NCBI GenBank assembly: GCA_048594725.1
Contig: JBMDXA010000091.1
Span: 19,970-83,969 of the forward strand
DNA: 64,000 nucleotides
Direction: 5' to 3'
Source of the DNA: Candidatus Kapaibacteriota bacterium
Lineage (GTDB): Bacteria; Bacteroidota; Ignavibacteria; OLB7
Shown here: piece after piece, positions 28,545 through 38,499 of the stretch
How positions within the stretch are numbered: position 1 is the stretch's first letter
Layout of the letters: every line of letters starts with the position of its first letter
Program-made: the position numbers and the translations under genes
The notes under the pieces: generated by a model
Databases searched by the model: none
What the model was told of the DNA's origin: nothing
The model's input: the letters and a program-made list of their open reading frames with translations, nothing else

Positions 28545-29993
28545 TTAAAATCCGATCGCAAATCCGAGGTGCGCGTTCAGGTTGGTGCTCGTATAGATCT
28601 GGCCGCTCTGCTCGGTCCAGAGGAACCAGGAGGAGAGTCCTCCCTGTAATGCCAGCATATCCACCGGCCGGTATTCCAGGTTCAGCCCGAAGGTGCCGAG
28701 AGGGCCCAGCAGATCGGAGCCGGTGAGCGCCGCCCCGGCGCCGAACTCCAGGCCGCCGGAGAGCGCATGGGTGCGGAACAGATCCGAGCCGAGCAGAACG
28801 CGCCCGTAGCGGACCGTGGGGGACTGTTCGATCTGGAGATCGACGGCGCGCCCCGGCTGGCCGCTGTGGTAGACCTGCGAGAACTGCGTCTCGCCGATGC
28901 TGGCCCCAAGCTCCATGGAGGAGAAGGGGGAATCCTCGCCGCTGAACCGGTAGCTGACGAACAGGTCGCGATCGAACAGGATGCTGCGGCTGCCGTTGAG
29001 GCCATAGACTCGGGGGAGGGAAAGCCGGAAGTGATCGCGCATCCCGGCCTGCCAGGGGCCCACTCCCCCATCCTCGGCACCATACTGGCTCAGAAGCGAG
29101 GCGCCGCTGGAAACCGCCTGGGCGTTTCTATCGGGCCGGGGGGCCGCTGCCGGGGCCTGCGGACGGCTCATGGCAAGGGTCTGCGGCGCAACCGGCGTGA
29201 TCTCCGGTGCCGAGGGCTTTTCCGGCTCTGCCGGGAGGGATGACTGTCCGCGCAGGAGAGGCTCGTTCACGGCAGCCGGCGTGCTGGCCGGAGAGATGAT
29301 TCTCTGCCGGCGCGGGGCCGCCGTTGTGCCGTTGCGGGTTCCGGCCTGCTCTCTCGAGCGAAGCTCGGCGATCTGCGCCAGCGCCTCCCGATGCTCCCGG
29401 GCAAGCGATGCCAGTTGCGCGCGTGCTGCTGCCAGCGAGTCCCCCATGCCGGCAACGATCATCGTCTCCGATGCCCTGGCGTCCGGCTTCTGTTCCGTTG
29501 TGATGGTTCCTTGTGTGGTATCGTGCCAGAGCAGATAACCGGTTCCCACGCCGAGCGCCACCAGCATGATCCCGAACAGGATATTGCGGAGCCAGAGCGC
29601 GGAGAACCCTGCGGCGGCAGCGGGGAACACCACCGGTGGTATCCCTGCGGGAGCGGCGCCCGCCGGGGAGGGGGGGGGGCCTCCGAATTCGCTGTCGATA
29701 GCGCTCAGCCCCGCCAGGATGCCGGCATCGGCGGCGGGTGGCGGGGTGATGCTGCCGGTCATGGCGGAGAACGCACGCGACATTCTGATCTGTTGCAGGA
29801 GCATGCCGCGCCGTTCCGGGGAAACGGCCAGCACGTGCATCAGCTCGGCCACCCTGGTTTCGTCCTGGAGGTCGCCGTTCAGTAGTGCGGTTATCTCTTC
29901 GTTGATGCTCATTGGGTTATCGGGATTTCGGTTCACCGGATCTTCTCTGTCAGGCTTTACGGCCGGGTATGCATGGGGGGGAGGGGTTCGCAA
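28545..29993 (-). CDS. Putative anti-sigma factor: N-terminal cytoplasmic anti-sigma helix region, single TM, Pro/Ala-rich linker, C-terminal beta-rich domain ending in Phe
   Basis: The track ORF starts at TTG 29993, 1 nt after the sigma gene stop; an internal ATG lies at 29912 (MSINEEITALLNGDLQDETRVAELMHVLAVSPERRGMLLQQIRMSRAF...). TM segment LFGIMLVALGVGTGYLLW. The C-terminal ~180 aa show alternating hydrophobic beta-strand patterns and end ...LGFAIGF. Gene order and coupling with the ECF sigma support the role. Confidence 0.6.
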   Translation of the reverse strand: MRTPPPHAYPAVKPDREDPVNRNPDNPMSINEEITALLNGDLQDETRVAELMHVLAVSPERRGMLLQQIRMSRAFSAMTGSITPPPAADAGILAGLSAIDSEFGGPPPSPAGAAPAGIPPVVFPAAAAGFSALWLRNILFGIMLVALGVGTGYLLWHDTTQGTITTEQKPDARASETMIVAGMGDSLAAARAQLASLAREHREALAQIAELRSREQAGTRNGTTAAPRRQRIISPASTPAAVNEPLLRGQSSLPAEPEKPSAPEITPVAPQTLAMSRPQAPAAAPRPDRNAQAVSSGASLLSQYGAEDGGVGPWQAGMRDHFRLSLPRVYGLNGSRSILFDRDLFVSYRFSGEDSPFSSMELGASIGETQFSQVYHSGQPGRAVDLQIEQSPTVRYGRVLLGSDLFRTHALSGGLEFGAGAALTGSDLLGPLGTFGLNLEYRPVDMLALQGGLSSWFLWTEQSGQIYTSTNLNAHLGFAIGF

Positions 29994-29994
29994 A

Positions 29995-30549
29995 TCAGAT
30001 TTTTCCGCCGAGCAGAGGCCCCAGAATTTTCTGGAGCGCCTGTTTGGCGCGGTAGATCCGGTTCTTCACCACATCGTGCGTTACGTCCAGTTGGCGTCCT
30101 ATCTCTTCATAGCTGTATCCTTCCAGTTCGAACAGGAGGAACGCTTCGCGGTATTGCGGCGCTATCGCCATCAGAGCCTGTTGCAGATGAGCGTTGGTAT
30201 CGGCGGCTGTTTCATCCGGCGAGTAGATCACATCGATCTTCTCATCCATGGAGGTAAGGCGTTTCCTCTCCCGTAATGCGCTGATGCAGCGGGTACGGGC
30301 CACCGTCACCAGATATCCCCGGACGTTGTACATCACCTGCCCCTCGCGGCATGCGCGGTAGAAACGGATGAAGACATCCTGGTAGATATCGGACGCGGCG
30401 TCTTCATCGCCGAGCATCAGCAGGCAGAAACGGTAGATACGCCCCTTGTACCGCTCGAAGAGCGTGGTAAAGGCGGCATGGTCTCCTTTGCCTGCCTGCT
30501 CGGCAAGAAGCTGATCGTCATGCGTGGTCTGGCGCACTGTAGCAATCAC
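29995..30549 (-). CDS. RNA polymerase sigma-70 factor, ECF subfamily
   Basis: 184 aa with region 2 (...HAAFTTLFERYKGRIYRFCLLMLGDEDAASDIYQDVFIRFYRA...) and region 4 HTH (...YREAFLLFELEGYSYEEIGRQLDVTHDVVKNRIYRAKQALQK...). Confidence 0.9.
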   Translation of the reverse strand: MIATVRQTTHDDQLLAEQAGKGDHAAFTTLFERYKGRIYRFCLLMLGDEDAASDIYQDVFIRFYRACREGQVMYNVRGYLVTVARTRCISALRERKRLTSMDEKIDVIYSPDETAADTNAHLQQALMAIAPQYREAFLLFELEGYSYEEIGRQLDVTHDVVKNRIYRAKQALQKILGPLLGGKI

Positions 30550-30938
30550 ACAAAGCTTTCCTCAGTATCCTGATGAGCGTGGGATTTCGAGTTGTACTAC
30601 AGGAACGGCGATGCCGGGGGAAGTTCTCACCGCTTCATGAATTTTTCCGGGCGGCTCCGCACCAGGGGGGAATATCACGCAAAGGCGCGAAGCCGCAACG
30701 AGACGCCGGGAAGAACGGGACGTGATGGCGCCGTTGGCCGCCGCGATAATCCCGAGGATTCTCTCCCCGGGGATTGCCGCTATCGGAACGGAATATAGCG
30801 CTCCGGCACCATGGCGGGCCAGACAATGAGATGCAGGAGAGGATGGCCGGGGCAGAGCGCGGGCCGGCATAAAAAAAGGGAGATCCGCGTTGTGCGGATC
30901 TCCCCTGCCGGTCCCGGTTCGTGCAACCGTGGAGCGTG

Positions 30939-33900
30939 TTATTCCTGCGTTCCCGCCGCGCCGCCGCGTCCCAGCGCCTCGAAGTAGCGGCGGATCATAT
31001 ACTCGTAATCCTTGGTATATCCCTGCTCGCGTCCCTGCAGTCCGTCGCGACCGTTCTGCGTGCGGTCGCTATTGGGGAGCCGGAGTTCCGGGGGGCTCTG
31101 GCGCACCACATCCACGCCCGGCTTCGACTCGCGTTCCTTCTCGAAATCCCGTTCCCGCTGCGAGCGGGTGGCATCCAGCAGGCGGCTGAGAATCCGTTCC
31201 TGGCGCTGCATCGTCTCGGGGCTCACCTGACCGGAGCCCATATCGGAGAGCACCTCTTCGATCTCCTTGGCGGCGCGTTCCAGATCGCCCAGCATATTCT
31301 TGCGGGTTCCTCCCGATTCGCGCAGCTCCTTGTTGAGATCTTCGATCGATTTCTTCACATCCTGCTGCTGGCGCGCGAGCCGCCGCATTTCCGGACCATC
31401 TCCCTCCGATCCATCCTCGCCGTTCGCACCATTCTTGCCGTTCTTTCCCTTCCCCTTGCCATCCTTTCCATTCTGCCCCTCTTTTCCCTCTCCTTCCTGT
31501 CCCTCACCCTCCTGGCCCTGTCCCTGCTGCTGCCCCTGCCCCTGCATGGCCTGGTTGATCATCTGCTGCTGGGCGGCGGCCTGCTGGAGACGCTGCTGCA
31601 TCGACATGCCCATCCCCATTCCCTGCCCCTGTCCCTGGCCGTTCTGCATCTGCTGGATGGCCTCGGCCATCATCTTGGCGGCGTTGTTCATGGAGCTCAT
31701 GGCCCCTCCCTCCTGCTGTCCTGCCCTGGAGCCGTTGCGCTGTTCAAGCGACTGGGTTGCCCCCTGCATCTGCTGGATGGCATCCCCCATTTCCTTTCCC
31801 ATCTCCGGGGTCACCGCAAAGCTCTTCTGTCCCAGATTCATCATCTGGTCGGCGATGTTCTCCATCTGCTCCTTCATCTGCGACTGCTGCTGGGCCAGAT
31901 CGCGGAACTGCTGGCTGTTCGGCTGGGTCTGCTCGGTCTGGTTCTTCAGATCCTCCTGGCGCTTGGAGAGATCCACCAGATCCTGCAACGCCTTCTTCAT
32001 CTTGTTGGTCACGTTCTTCTGACTGTTCTCCTGCATCTTCTTCTTGACGGCCTGCATCTTCTGCTTGAAGTTCTCGGCCGACTGTTTTGCCTCCTGCCCC
32101 TGTTGCTGCGCCTCCTGCATCTCCCCCTGGTCCATCTTCTCTCCGGCCTGCTCCATCGGTTCCTGGGGCCCGTTCTGTTCCAGGCTCTGCTGCGCCTGCT
32201 GCATCTCCTTGACGGGCATCTCCTCCTGCTCCCCCATCTGCTTTGCGAGTTCGGCGGCCTCCTTCTTCATCTCCTCGGCATCCTTTGCCAGATCCCGCTG
32301 CCGCTCGGCGAGCGCCTGCTGCATCCCCTTGTCGGCGGGCTCGGTTTCCTTCATCTGCTGGTTGAGCCGTTCCTGCTGGGTTGCCAGTTCCTCGGCGCGG
32401 CGGATCATCTCATCCACCTTCTGCTCGGTCTGCATCCGCTTCAGGATGTTCATCGTCCGCTCGATCGACTGGCGGAACTGCTCCTCGTTGAACTTGTAGT
32501 TCTTCATGGCCTCGGCCAGCTGCTCCGGGGTCATCTTCTCCATCTCCTGCTGCATCTTGCGCATCTGCTCCATCAGTTCGGGATTGCGCATCTCCTGGAA
32601 GAGTTTCTGAAGCTCCGAGTATTTCTCCAGCGTCTCCGGGGAGATGGCCTTGGCCTGCTGGAGTTTTTCGGTGACCTGCTTCAGGTTCTCGGCGACCTGC
32701 TGGAGCTTCTCCTGCATCTGCTGGTGCTGCTGCATCATCTGCTGGAGCTTCTGCTTGTCCTGCCAGCCGGCCTGCTGCTTGTTCTGCGCAAGCTGCTTCA
32801 TCAGCTCGCGGTTCAGCTCATCCATCTCCTTGCGTGCATCCTGGGCCTGCTTCAGCACCTTCTCCAGATCGGCATTGGCCTGGGTCTGCCCCTGTTCCGC
32901 CTCTCTGAGCACCTCCTCGAGCGAGGGGAAGCGGAGCTTGATAAGCCCCGTGCGGGCCATCTTCGGGCCGGACACGATATCGTTGTCGTACACCTCGAAG
33001 TAGAGTTCCACCTCATCCTCCGGTACCATGTCCATATCGGTCATGTTCCAGATATAGGGCACCTCCGCCGCCGTTCCCGTTCCGCGCGGGATGGGGATGG
33101 TGTGGGGCTTGAAGTCCTTCATCGGCGGGGCGTACTTGCTGGCCGCCAGGCGGTACATGATGCGCAGGCGGGAGAAGCCGTAATCGTCGGCGATGCGCAC
33201 CTGCGTGGGGAGGAGCATCGTCTGGTCGATATCGGCCGATCCCTGCGGCTGCACCAGCGCGATGGACGGGGGGCCATCAACCGAGACCCCCATGCTGTAC
33301 TGCACCGGGGAGATGTTGCCGATCCCCTCCGGCGATACCAGCTCGATGTAGTAGCTGCCATCGCGGGAGAGACGGAACCCGCCCGTTGCGGATGTGCCGT
33401 CGATCTTCATGGGGATGCGGACCGTATCGTAGGATGCCGGCGGGGCCGAGGCCGCCTCCAGCGAGGCCAGCCTGACGGTACGGGGGAAGAGCTGCACGAT
33501 GTTCGCCTTCGCCGGCTCGATGTTCGTAGTGATCTGAATGTTCACCGCCGACCCGCGCATGCCGCTTACATCGCCGACGTTGTCCGGGAGGCGCTCCAGT
33601 CCCCGCCCGGTGTAGGAGGGGGAGCTGAGCGTGGCGCGGAGCAGGCGGATGTCCGGGCGTTCCACCACGGTGAATGTATGCTCGGGTGTGCGTACCGGGC
33701 CGGAGGAGGCGCTGTAGACCGTGGTGGCCTTGATCGCCGGAAGGGTATGGCGGAAGTTCCCGGCCGAGTCGATACGGATCTCCACTTCCTCCGGGGCCGC
33801 CTCTCCGCTCTGAAGCGAAAGTTTCACCGTGCGCGGAGGAATGCCCGCCGCATGCACCACGATCTCGGCCGAATCCCCCCGGACCAGCCGCCGGTCACCG

Positions 33901-34574
33901 GGGGCGATCGTAAGGGTGAACGGGGCGGGCGTTACATAGAGCGTGTTGTAGTTGACAAGACGGTCCAGCGCCCCCTGATAGGTCGCGGGCATGGAGAGGA
34001 ACAGGGCGCTGACCACGAGCACGGCGGCCAGAAAGAAGAGCAGCGCCCGCTTGCGCTCGTCGCGCTCGATGATGACCGTATAATCGTACTGGCGGAGGGG
34101 CTCACCCTGCACCGCTATCGACGCCTCTACAAGCTCCAGGGAATAGCCGGGGGCAAGCCTCCCCGCGTGCACGGTACGATAGAGCTGGAGGGTATTGATA
34201 AGGCTGTCACCCACATCCGGAATCCGGGTTCCCACGCGCCGGGCGATGGTGTCGTCATCCTGCCCCCTGATGATGCCCAGATAGCGTCCGAGCGATGGGA
34301 GGATCATCCAGAGCGCCAGAGCCGCGTTCGTGGCAACGGTTCCCCGGAAGAGGACCGTGCGCCCGGCCGGTTCCAGCCCGCCGATGGCCTCGATGGAGAC
34401 CGCCAGGAGCCAGACGACGAGGGTTGCGGTGAGGGCGTTGATGATCCCGGTCTGTACCGCAATGCCATGCTCCTTGCGGCGCACATGGTGGATTTTTCCT
34501 GTCAGTTCGGAGTAGAGCGAGCCTGTATTCATCGTGGTTCCGTTATCGCCGTATGCTATGCGGGGATGCTTCAC
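30939..34574 (-). CDS. Large membrane-anchored protein (1211 aa): N-terminal 3-TM region, ~450-aa beta-rich extracytoplasmic region, ~600-aa Gln/Glu/Lys/Met-rich coiled-coil low-complexity region with Gly-Gln and Gly-Lys tracts, conserved-looking C-terminal ~110 aa
   Basis: TM segments LTATLVVWLLAVSIEAIGGL, AALALWMILPSLGRYLGII and ALLFFLAAVLVVSALFLSM. The long helical region reads ...QQMMQQHQQMQEKLQQVAENLKQV... with tracts ...NGQGQGQGMGMGMSMQQ... and ...GKDGKGKGKNGKNG.... The C-terminus is ...QRQERILSRLLDATRSQRERDFEKERESKPG...YEYMIRRYFEALG. The antisense track ORF 30921..34652(+) is Leu/His-rich junk. Confidence 0.8.
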   Translation of the reverse strand: MKHPRIAYGDNGTTMNTGSLYSELTGKIHHVRRKEHGIAVQTGIINALTATLVVWLLAVSIEAIGGLEPAGRTVLFRGTVATNAALALWMILPSLGRYLGIIRGQDDDTIARRVGTRIPDVGDSLINTLQLYRTVHAGRLAPGYSLELVEASIAVQGEPLRQYDYTVIIERDERKRALLFFLAAVLVVSALFLSMPATYQGALDRLVNYNTLYVTPAPFTLTIAPGDRRLVRGDSAEIVVHAAGIPPRTVKLSLQSGEAAPEEVEIRIDSAGNFRHTLPAIKATTVYSASSGPVRTPEHTFTVVERPDIRLLRATLSSPSYTGRGLERLPDNVGDVSGMRGSAVNIQITTNIEPAKANIVQLFPRTVRLASLEAASAPPASYDTVRIPMKIDGTSATGGFRLSRDGSYYIELVSPEGIGNISPVQYSMGVSVDGPPSIALVQPQGSADIDQTMLLPTQVRIADDYGFSRLRIMYRLAASKYAPPMKDFKPHTIPIPRGTGTAAEVPYIWNMTDMDMVPEDEVELYFEVYDNDIVSGPKMARTGLIKLRFPSLEEVLREAEQGQTQANADLEKVLKQAQDARKEMDELNRELMKQLAQNKQQAGWQDKQKLQQMMQQHQQMQEKLQQVAENLKQVTEKLQQAKAISPETLEKYSELQKLFQEMRNPELMEQMRKMQQEMEKMTPEQLAEAMKNYKFNEEQFRQSIERTMNILKRMQTEQKVDEMIRRAEELATQQERLNQQMKETEPADKGMQQALAERQRDLAKDAEEMKKEAAELAKQMGEQEEMPVKEMQQAQQSLEQNGPQEPMEQAGEKMDQGEMQEAQQQGQEAKQSAENFKQKMQAVKKKMQENSQKNVTNKMKKALQDLVDLSKRQEDLKNQTEQTQPNSQQFRDLAQQQSQMKEQMENIADQMMNLGQKSFAVTPEMGKEMGDAIQQMQGATQSLEQRNGSRAGQQEGGAMSSMNNAAKMMAEAIQQMQNGQGQGQGMGMGMSMQQRLQQAAAQQQMINQAMQGQGQQQGQGQEGEGQEGEGKEGQNGKDGKGKGKNGKNGANGEDGSEGDGPEMRRLARQQQDVKKSIEDLNKELRESGGTRKNMLGDLERAAKEIEEVLSDMGSGQVSPETMQRQERILSRLLDATRSQRERDFEKERESKPGVDVVRQSPPELRLPNSDRTQNGRDGLQGREQGYTKDYEYMIRRYFEALGRGGAAGTQE

Positions 34575-34951
34575 TGCCAGCCGGCGCCGGTATCATCCGG
34601 GATGAAGGGCGCCATCGATAAGCTACATAAAAGAGGAGGAGAAAAGGAATAAAATGCTGGGGGGATATCCTCGTCCGGTAAGGACGCCGGACCGCCGCGG
34701 ATGCCACGGGGAGTACCTCCCTGCATTTCCCTTCGTTTCGTATGTTGTCCGGCCTCCCCAGCACCTGCGGCCGGTTGTTCTCTGCCGGGCAGGCCCTTGT
34801 GCGCAGACGGAGAACTACCCGCTCATGTTGGCCCCCGAGCCTCCGGTTTTCACCTCCTGATTGCATCCCATGCCGCGTGAGCATCCCAATACTTCCGAAA
34901 CACAATCCGTGCGGGCCTCTCCCGCCGGTGTTTGAACCGATTTTCATAGTG

Positions 34952-37063
34952 ATGATTACATATCCCGATTCATTCGAAGGCGATCAGAACGATCTCTATC
35001 ATGGCGTCGAGATCGCCGATCCGTACCGGTGGCTGGAGGATGACAACTCGCCGGAGACCGCCGCGTGGGTGGCCGCCCAGAACGAGGTGACGTTCCAGTA
35101 TCTTCGCTCGATCCCCTATCGCGACCAGTATCGCAGCCGCCTTACCGAACTTTGGAATTATCCCCGCCAGGGACGCCCCAGCAAGAGCGGCGGCCGGTAT
35201 TTCTTCTTCCGGAACGACGGCCTCCAGAATCAGGGGGTGCTCTTTGTGCAGGACTCCGCCAGTGACGAAGCCCGCCTTCTGCTCGATCCCAACACCTTCT
35301 CGGCCGATGGCACCGTGGCGCTCTCCAACATGGCCCTCGCCCACGATGGCTCGCTGCTCGCCTACGGCGTTTCCCATAGCGGCTCCGACTGGCAGGAGAT
35401 CCATGTACGCGACGTCGTCACCGGGGAGGATCTGCCCGATCTGGTGCGGTGGGTCAAGTTCTCGGAGATCTCCTGGACCGCCGATAACCGCGGGTTCTTC
35501 TATTCCCGTTATCCGCAGCCGGACGAGCGCACCGCCTACAGCCAGGTGCATCTGAACCACAGCCTCTATTATCATCGCCTCGGCACCGGCCAGCAGGAGG
35601 ATATCCTGGTGCACGAGCGCCCGGATCATCCCGACTGGCGGCTGATCGGGATCGTGACGGAAGATGGGCGCTATCTGACGATCTACGCGCATCATTCCGG
35701 CCCGATGACCCAGCTCTATTATGTCGATCTGGGCGATCCGGCGGCCCCGGCGCTGGATGCCCCGGTGATGCCCCTGGTAGAGGAGTTCGAGGCGTCGTTC
35801 AATGTCATCGGCAACGATGGGGCGCTGCTCTACCTGCATACCAATCTGGATGCCCCCAAGGGGAGGATCATGGCGGTGGATCTGGAACATCCGGAGCGGG
35901 AGAACTGGCGTACGCTGGTGGGGGAGAACGACGATGTGATCCAGGATGTGGTCCTGGCACGGGATCGTTTCCTGGTGGTCTATCTCCACAATGCCTACAA
36001 CCGCCTGAGCCTGTTCGATCTCTCCGGCGGGTTTCTGAACGATATCCAGCTTCCCACGCTCGGATCGGTTGCCGGCCTGGCCGGCCGCCGCAACGACGAC
36101 GAGGTCTTCTATATCTTCACCTCGTTCCTCTATCCCACCACCGTGCTCCGGCTCGATCTGGCATCGGGGGAGAACAGTATCTACCGCAAGAGCGAGATCG
36201 ACTTCGATCAGAACGGCTACGAGACCAAGCAGGTCTGGTTCGCCAGCAAGGACGGCACCCAGGTGCCGATGTTCATCACTCACCGGCGGGGGCTGGCGCT
36301 GGATGGAACAAACCCCACGATCATGTTCGCGTATGGGGGATTCGGCACCTCGCTTACCCCTTTCTTCTCCTCCAATTATATGCTCTGGCTGGAACAGGGG
36401 GGCGTGTATGCCATCCCCAACCTGCGCGGCGGCGGGGAGTTCGGCCACGAGTGGCATCAGGCCGGAACGCTGGAGCGGAAGCAGAATGTGTTCGATGATT
36501 TCATAGCGGCGGCGGAATATCTCGTCGCCGAGGGCTATACCTCCCCCGCAAAGCTGGCTATCCAGGGGGGCTCCAATGGCGGCCTGCTGGTGGGAGCGGT
36601 GATGTGCCAGCGGCCGGAACTTTTCGCGGTTGCTCTGCCGGCCGTGGGGGTGATGGATATGCTCCGCTATCACAAGTTCACCATCGGCATGGCCTGGCGC
36701 GCCGATTACGGCATCAGCGACGATCCGGAGCAGTTCGCATGGCTGCATGCGTACTCCCCGCTCCATAACCTGTCCCCCGGCACGCGCTATCCGGCCACGC
36801 TGGTCACCACCGCCGATCATGATGACAGGGTGGTGCCGGCGCATTCCTTCAAGTTCGCCGCGCGGCTTCAGAAGTGCCAGGGGGGCGCGGCTCCCGCTCT
36901 GATCCGTATCGAGACCAAGGCCGGGCATGGCGGCGGAAAGCCGATAGCGATGATTATCGATGAGGCCGCCGATACTCTGGCGTTCGCCATGTATAATATG
37001 GAGCACGCACCGGATGGTGCGAACCGTCCGGAAGCTCCGGCCGGAGACGTGCTGGCCGCATAA
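34952..37063 (+). CDS. Prolyl oligopeptidase (S9A family prolyl endopeptidase)
   Basis: Internal ATG (MITYPDSFEGDQNDLYHGVEIADPYRWLEDDNSPETAAWVAAQNEVT...) of track ORF 34742..37063. It has the N-terminal beta-propeller and the C-terminal alpha/beta hydrolase with GGSNGGLL (GxSxGG) and a catalytic-triad context. Confidence 0.9.
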   Translation: MITYPDSFEGDQNDLYHGVEIADPYRWLEDDNSPETAAWVAAQNEVTFQYLRSIPYRDQYRSRLTELWNYPRQGRPSKSGGRYFFFRNDGLQNQGVLFVQDSASDEARLLLDPNTFSADGTVALSNMALAHDGSLLAYGVSHSGSDWQEIHVRDVVTGEDLPDLVRWVKFSEISWTADNRGFFYSRYPQPDERTAYSQVHLNHSLYYHRLGTGQQEDILVHERPDHPDWRLIGIVTEDGRYLTIYAHHSGPMTQLYYVDLGDPAAPALDAPVMPLVEEFEASFNVIGNDGALLYLHTNLDAPKGRIMAVDLEHPERENWRTLVGENDDVIQDVVLARDRFLVVYLHNAYNRLSLFDLSGGFLNDIQLPTLGSVAGLAGRRNDDEVFYIFTSFLYPTTVLRLDLASGENSIYRKSEIDFDQNGYETKQVWFASKDGTQVPMFITHRRGLALDGTNPTIMFAYGGFGTSLTPFFSSNYMLWLEQGGVYAIPNLRGGGEFGHEWHQAGTLERKQNVFDDFIAAAEYLVAEGYTSPAKLAIQGGSNGGLLVGAVMCQRPELFAVALPAVGVMDMLRYHKFTIGMAWRADYGISDDPEQFAWLHAYSPLHNLSPGTRYPATLVTTADHDDRVVPAHSFKFAARLQKCQGGAAPALIRIETKAGHGGGKPIAMIIDEAADTLAFAMYNMEHAPDGANRPEAPAGDVLAA

Positions 37064-37130
37064 GGCGCGGCCCGGTTCCGGGTAGCTCGCCATGATTCCG
37101 TATCTTGGCGGCTCGCGCACATTCCCCGTT

Positions 37131-37159
37131 GCGGGCGCCGGAGCGCAACCGGCGCCCGC
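37131..37159 (+). terminator. Perfect 11-bp GC hairpin (GCGGGCGCCGG-agcgcaa-CCGGCGCCCGC) between the prolyl oligopeptidase and gcvT genes; possible terminator/attenuator without a U-tract
   Basis: Inverted repeat read directly. It lies 68 nt after the prolyl oligopeptidase stop and 80 nt before the gcvT start. Confidence 0.25.
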
Positions 37160-37237
37160 GGCCCTCTTCCCCGCATCGTGCGAGGAGTCTCTCGCGGCAG
37201 TTTCCAATCAAATTTCAGCTTACAACCTCTCGACACA

Positions 37238-38365
37238 ATGGAAGACACTACGATAGCAGCAGCGGAGCCGGTTCAGCTTCAGCGCACCGCACTTCTGGAT
37301 GTACATATCGCGCTCGGCGCCAAGATCGTTCCGTTCGCCGGATTCGAGATGCCGGTCTATTACAAGGGAATCGTCGCGGAGCATACTGCGGTTCGCGAAC
37401 GGGTGGGCATCTTCGATGTCTCGCACATGGGAGAGGTGCTGGTGCGCGGCCCGCGCGCGCTCGATTTCGTGCAGAAGATAACCGTCAATGATGCCTCCAC
37501 CCTGGCCGACGGGCAGGCGCAGTACAGCGCCATGTGCCTGGAGAACGGTGGCATCATCGACGATCTGCTGGTGTACAAGCGTGGCGAGAACGATTTCCTG
37601 CTGGTGATCAACGCCTCCAACATCGCCAAGGATTTCGCCTGGATGCAGGAAAATGCGCTCGATGGCGTGGAGCTGGAGAACGTCTCCGATAATTATACGC
37701 TGCTGGCGGTGCAGGGGCCGCGCTCGGTGGAACTGCTCCAGAAGCTGACGGACGTGGATCTGAGCGGCATCGCCTACTATCATTTCGTGGAGGGGGAGCT
37801 GGCCGGCGAGCGGATGATTATCTCCCGCACCGGATATACCGGCGAACTCGGGTTCGAGCTCTATCTGTCCAGCGACAGGAACGCCAGCGAGAAGGTGTGG
37901 AATACGATCATGGAGACCGGCGCGGAGTTCGGCATCGAGCCCACCGGCCTTGGCGCGCGTGATACGCTTCGCCTGGAGATGGGCTACTGCCTCTACGGCA
38001 ACGATATCGACGAGACCACCAACACGATCGAAGCGGGTCTCGGCTGGATCACGAAGGTGAACAAGGGAGAGTTCAACGGGCGCGAGGCGATCGCCAGGGT
38101 GAAGGAGGAGAAGCCGAAGCGGAAGCTGGTGGCATTCGAGATGAACGAGCGGGCCATTCCGCGCGGTCATTACGCCATCGTGGTTGATGGCGCCACCGTC
38201 GGCGAGGTTACCAGCGGAACCTCCTCGCCGACGCTTGGCAAGGGAATCGGCATGGGATATGTCTCGAGCGATGTGGCACAGGCCGGCAACACCATCGGTA
38301 TCGCGGTTCGCGACAAGGTGATCCCCGCAACCATCGTGAAGCTGCCGTTCGTGAAGAGAGCATGA
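37238..38365 (+). CDS. gcvT: Glycine cleavage system aminomethyltransferase T protein
   Basis: MEDTTIAAAEPVQLQRTALLDVHIALGAKIVPFAGFEMPVYYKGIVAEHTAVRERVGIFDVSHMGEVLVRGP... is the canonical GcvT N-terminus. 375 aa. Confidence 0.9.
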   Translation: MEDTTIAAAEPVQLQRTALLDVHIALGAKIVPFAGFEMPVYYKGIVAEHTAVRERVGIFDVSHMGEVLVRGPRALDFVQKITVNDASTLADGQAQYSAMCLENGGIIDDLLVYKRGENDFLLVINASNIAKDFAWMQENALDGVELENVSDNYTLLAVQGPRSVELLQKLTDVDLSGIAYYHFVEGELAGERMIISRTGYTGELGFELYLSSDRNASEKVWNTIMETGAEFGIEPTGLGARDTLRLEMGYCLYGNDIDETTNTIEAGLGWITKVNKGEFNGREAIARVKEEKPKRKLVAFEMNERAIPRGHYAIVVDGATVGEVTSGTSSPTLGKGIGMGYVSSDVAQAGNTIGIAVRDKVIPATIVKLPFVKRA

Positions 38366-38499
38366 TAGTTGAGTAGATACTAGGTGGTAGCGGAGAATGC
38401 TCTGCATCTCTTCGCTACCAACCGGTAGCGCCCACAGGCCGCGCGCTGCCAGCTACTCACTCATCACTGTACATCGTATTTATTCGGATAACTACCAGT

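Noticed and set aside
37064-37237. Looked for a glycine riboswitch in front of gcvT
   Set aside because: The leader is only about 170 nt and is dominated by one GC hairpin. I could not find the conserved glycine-aptamer elements (GGAGAG...CACCGAAGGGGCAA-like). It is probably not present.
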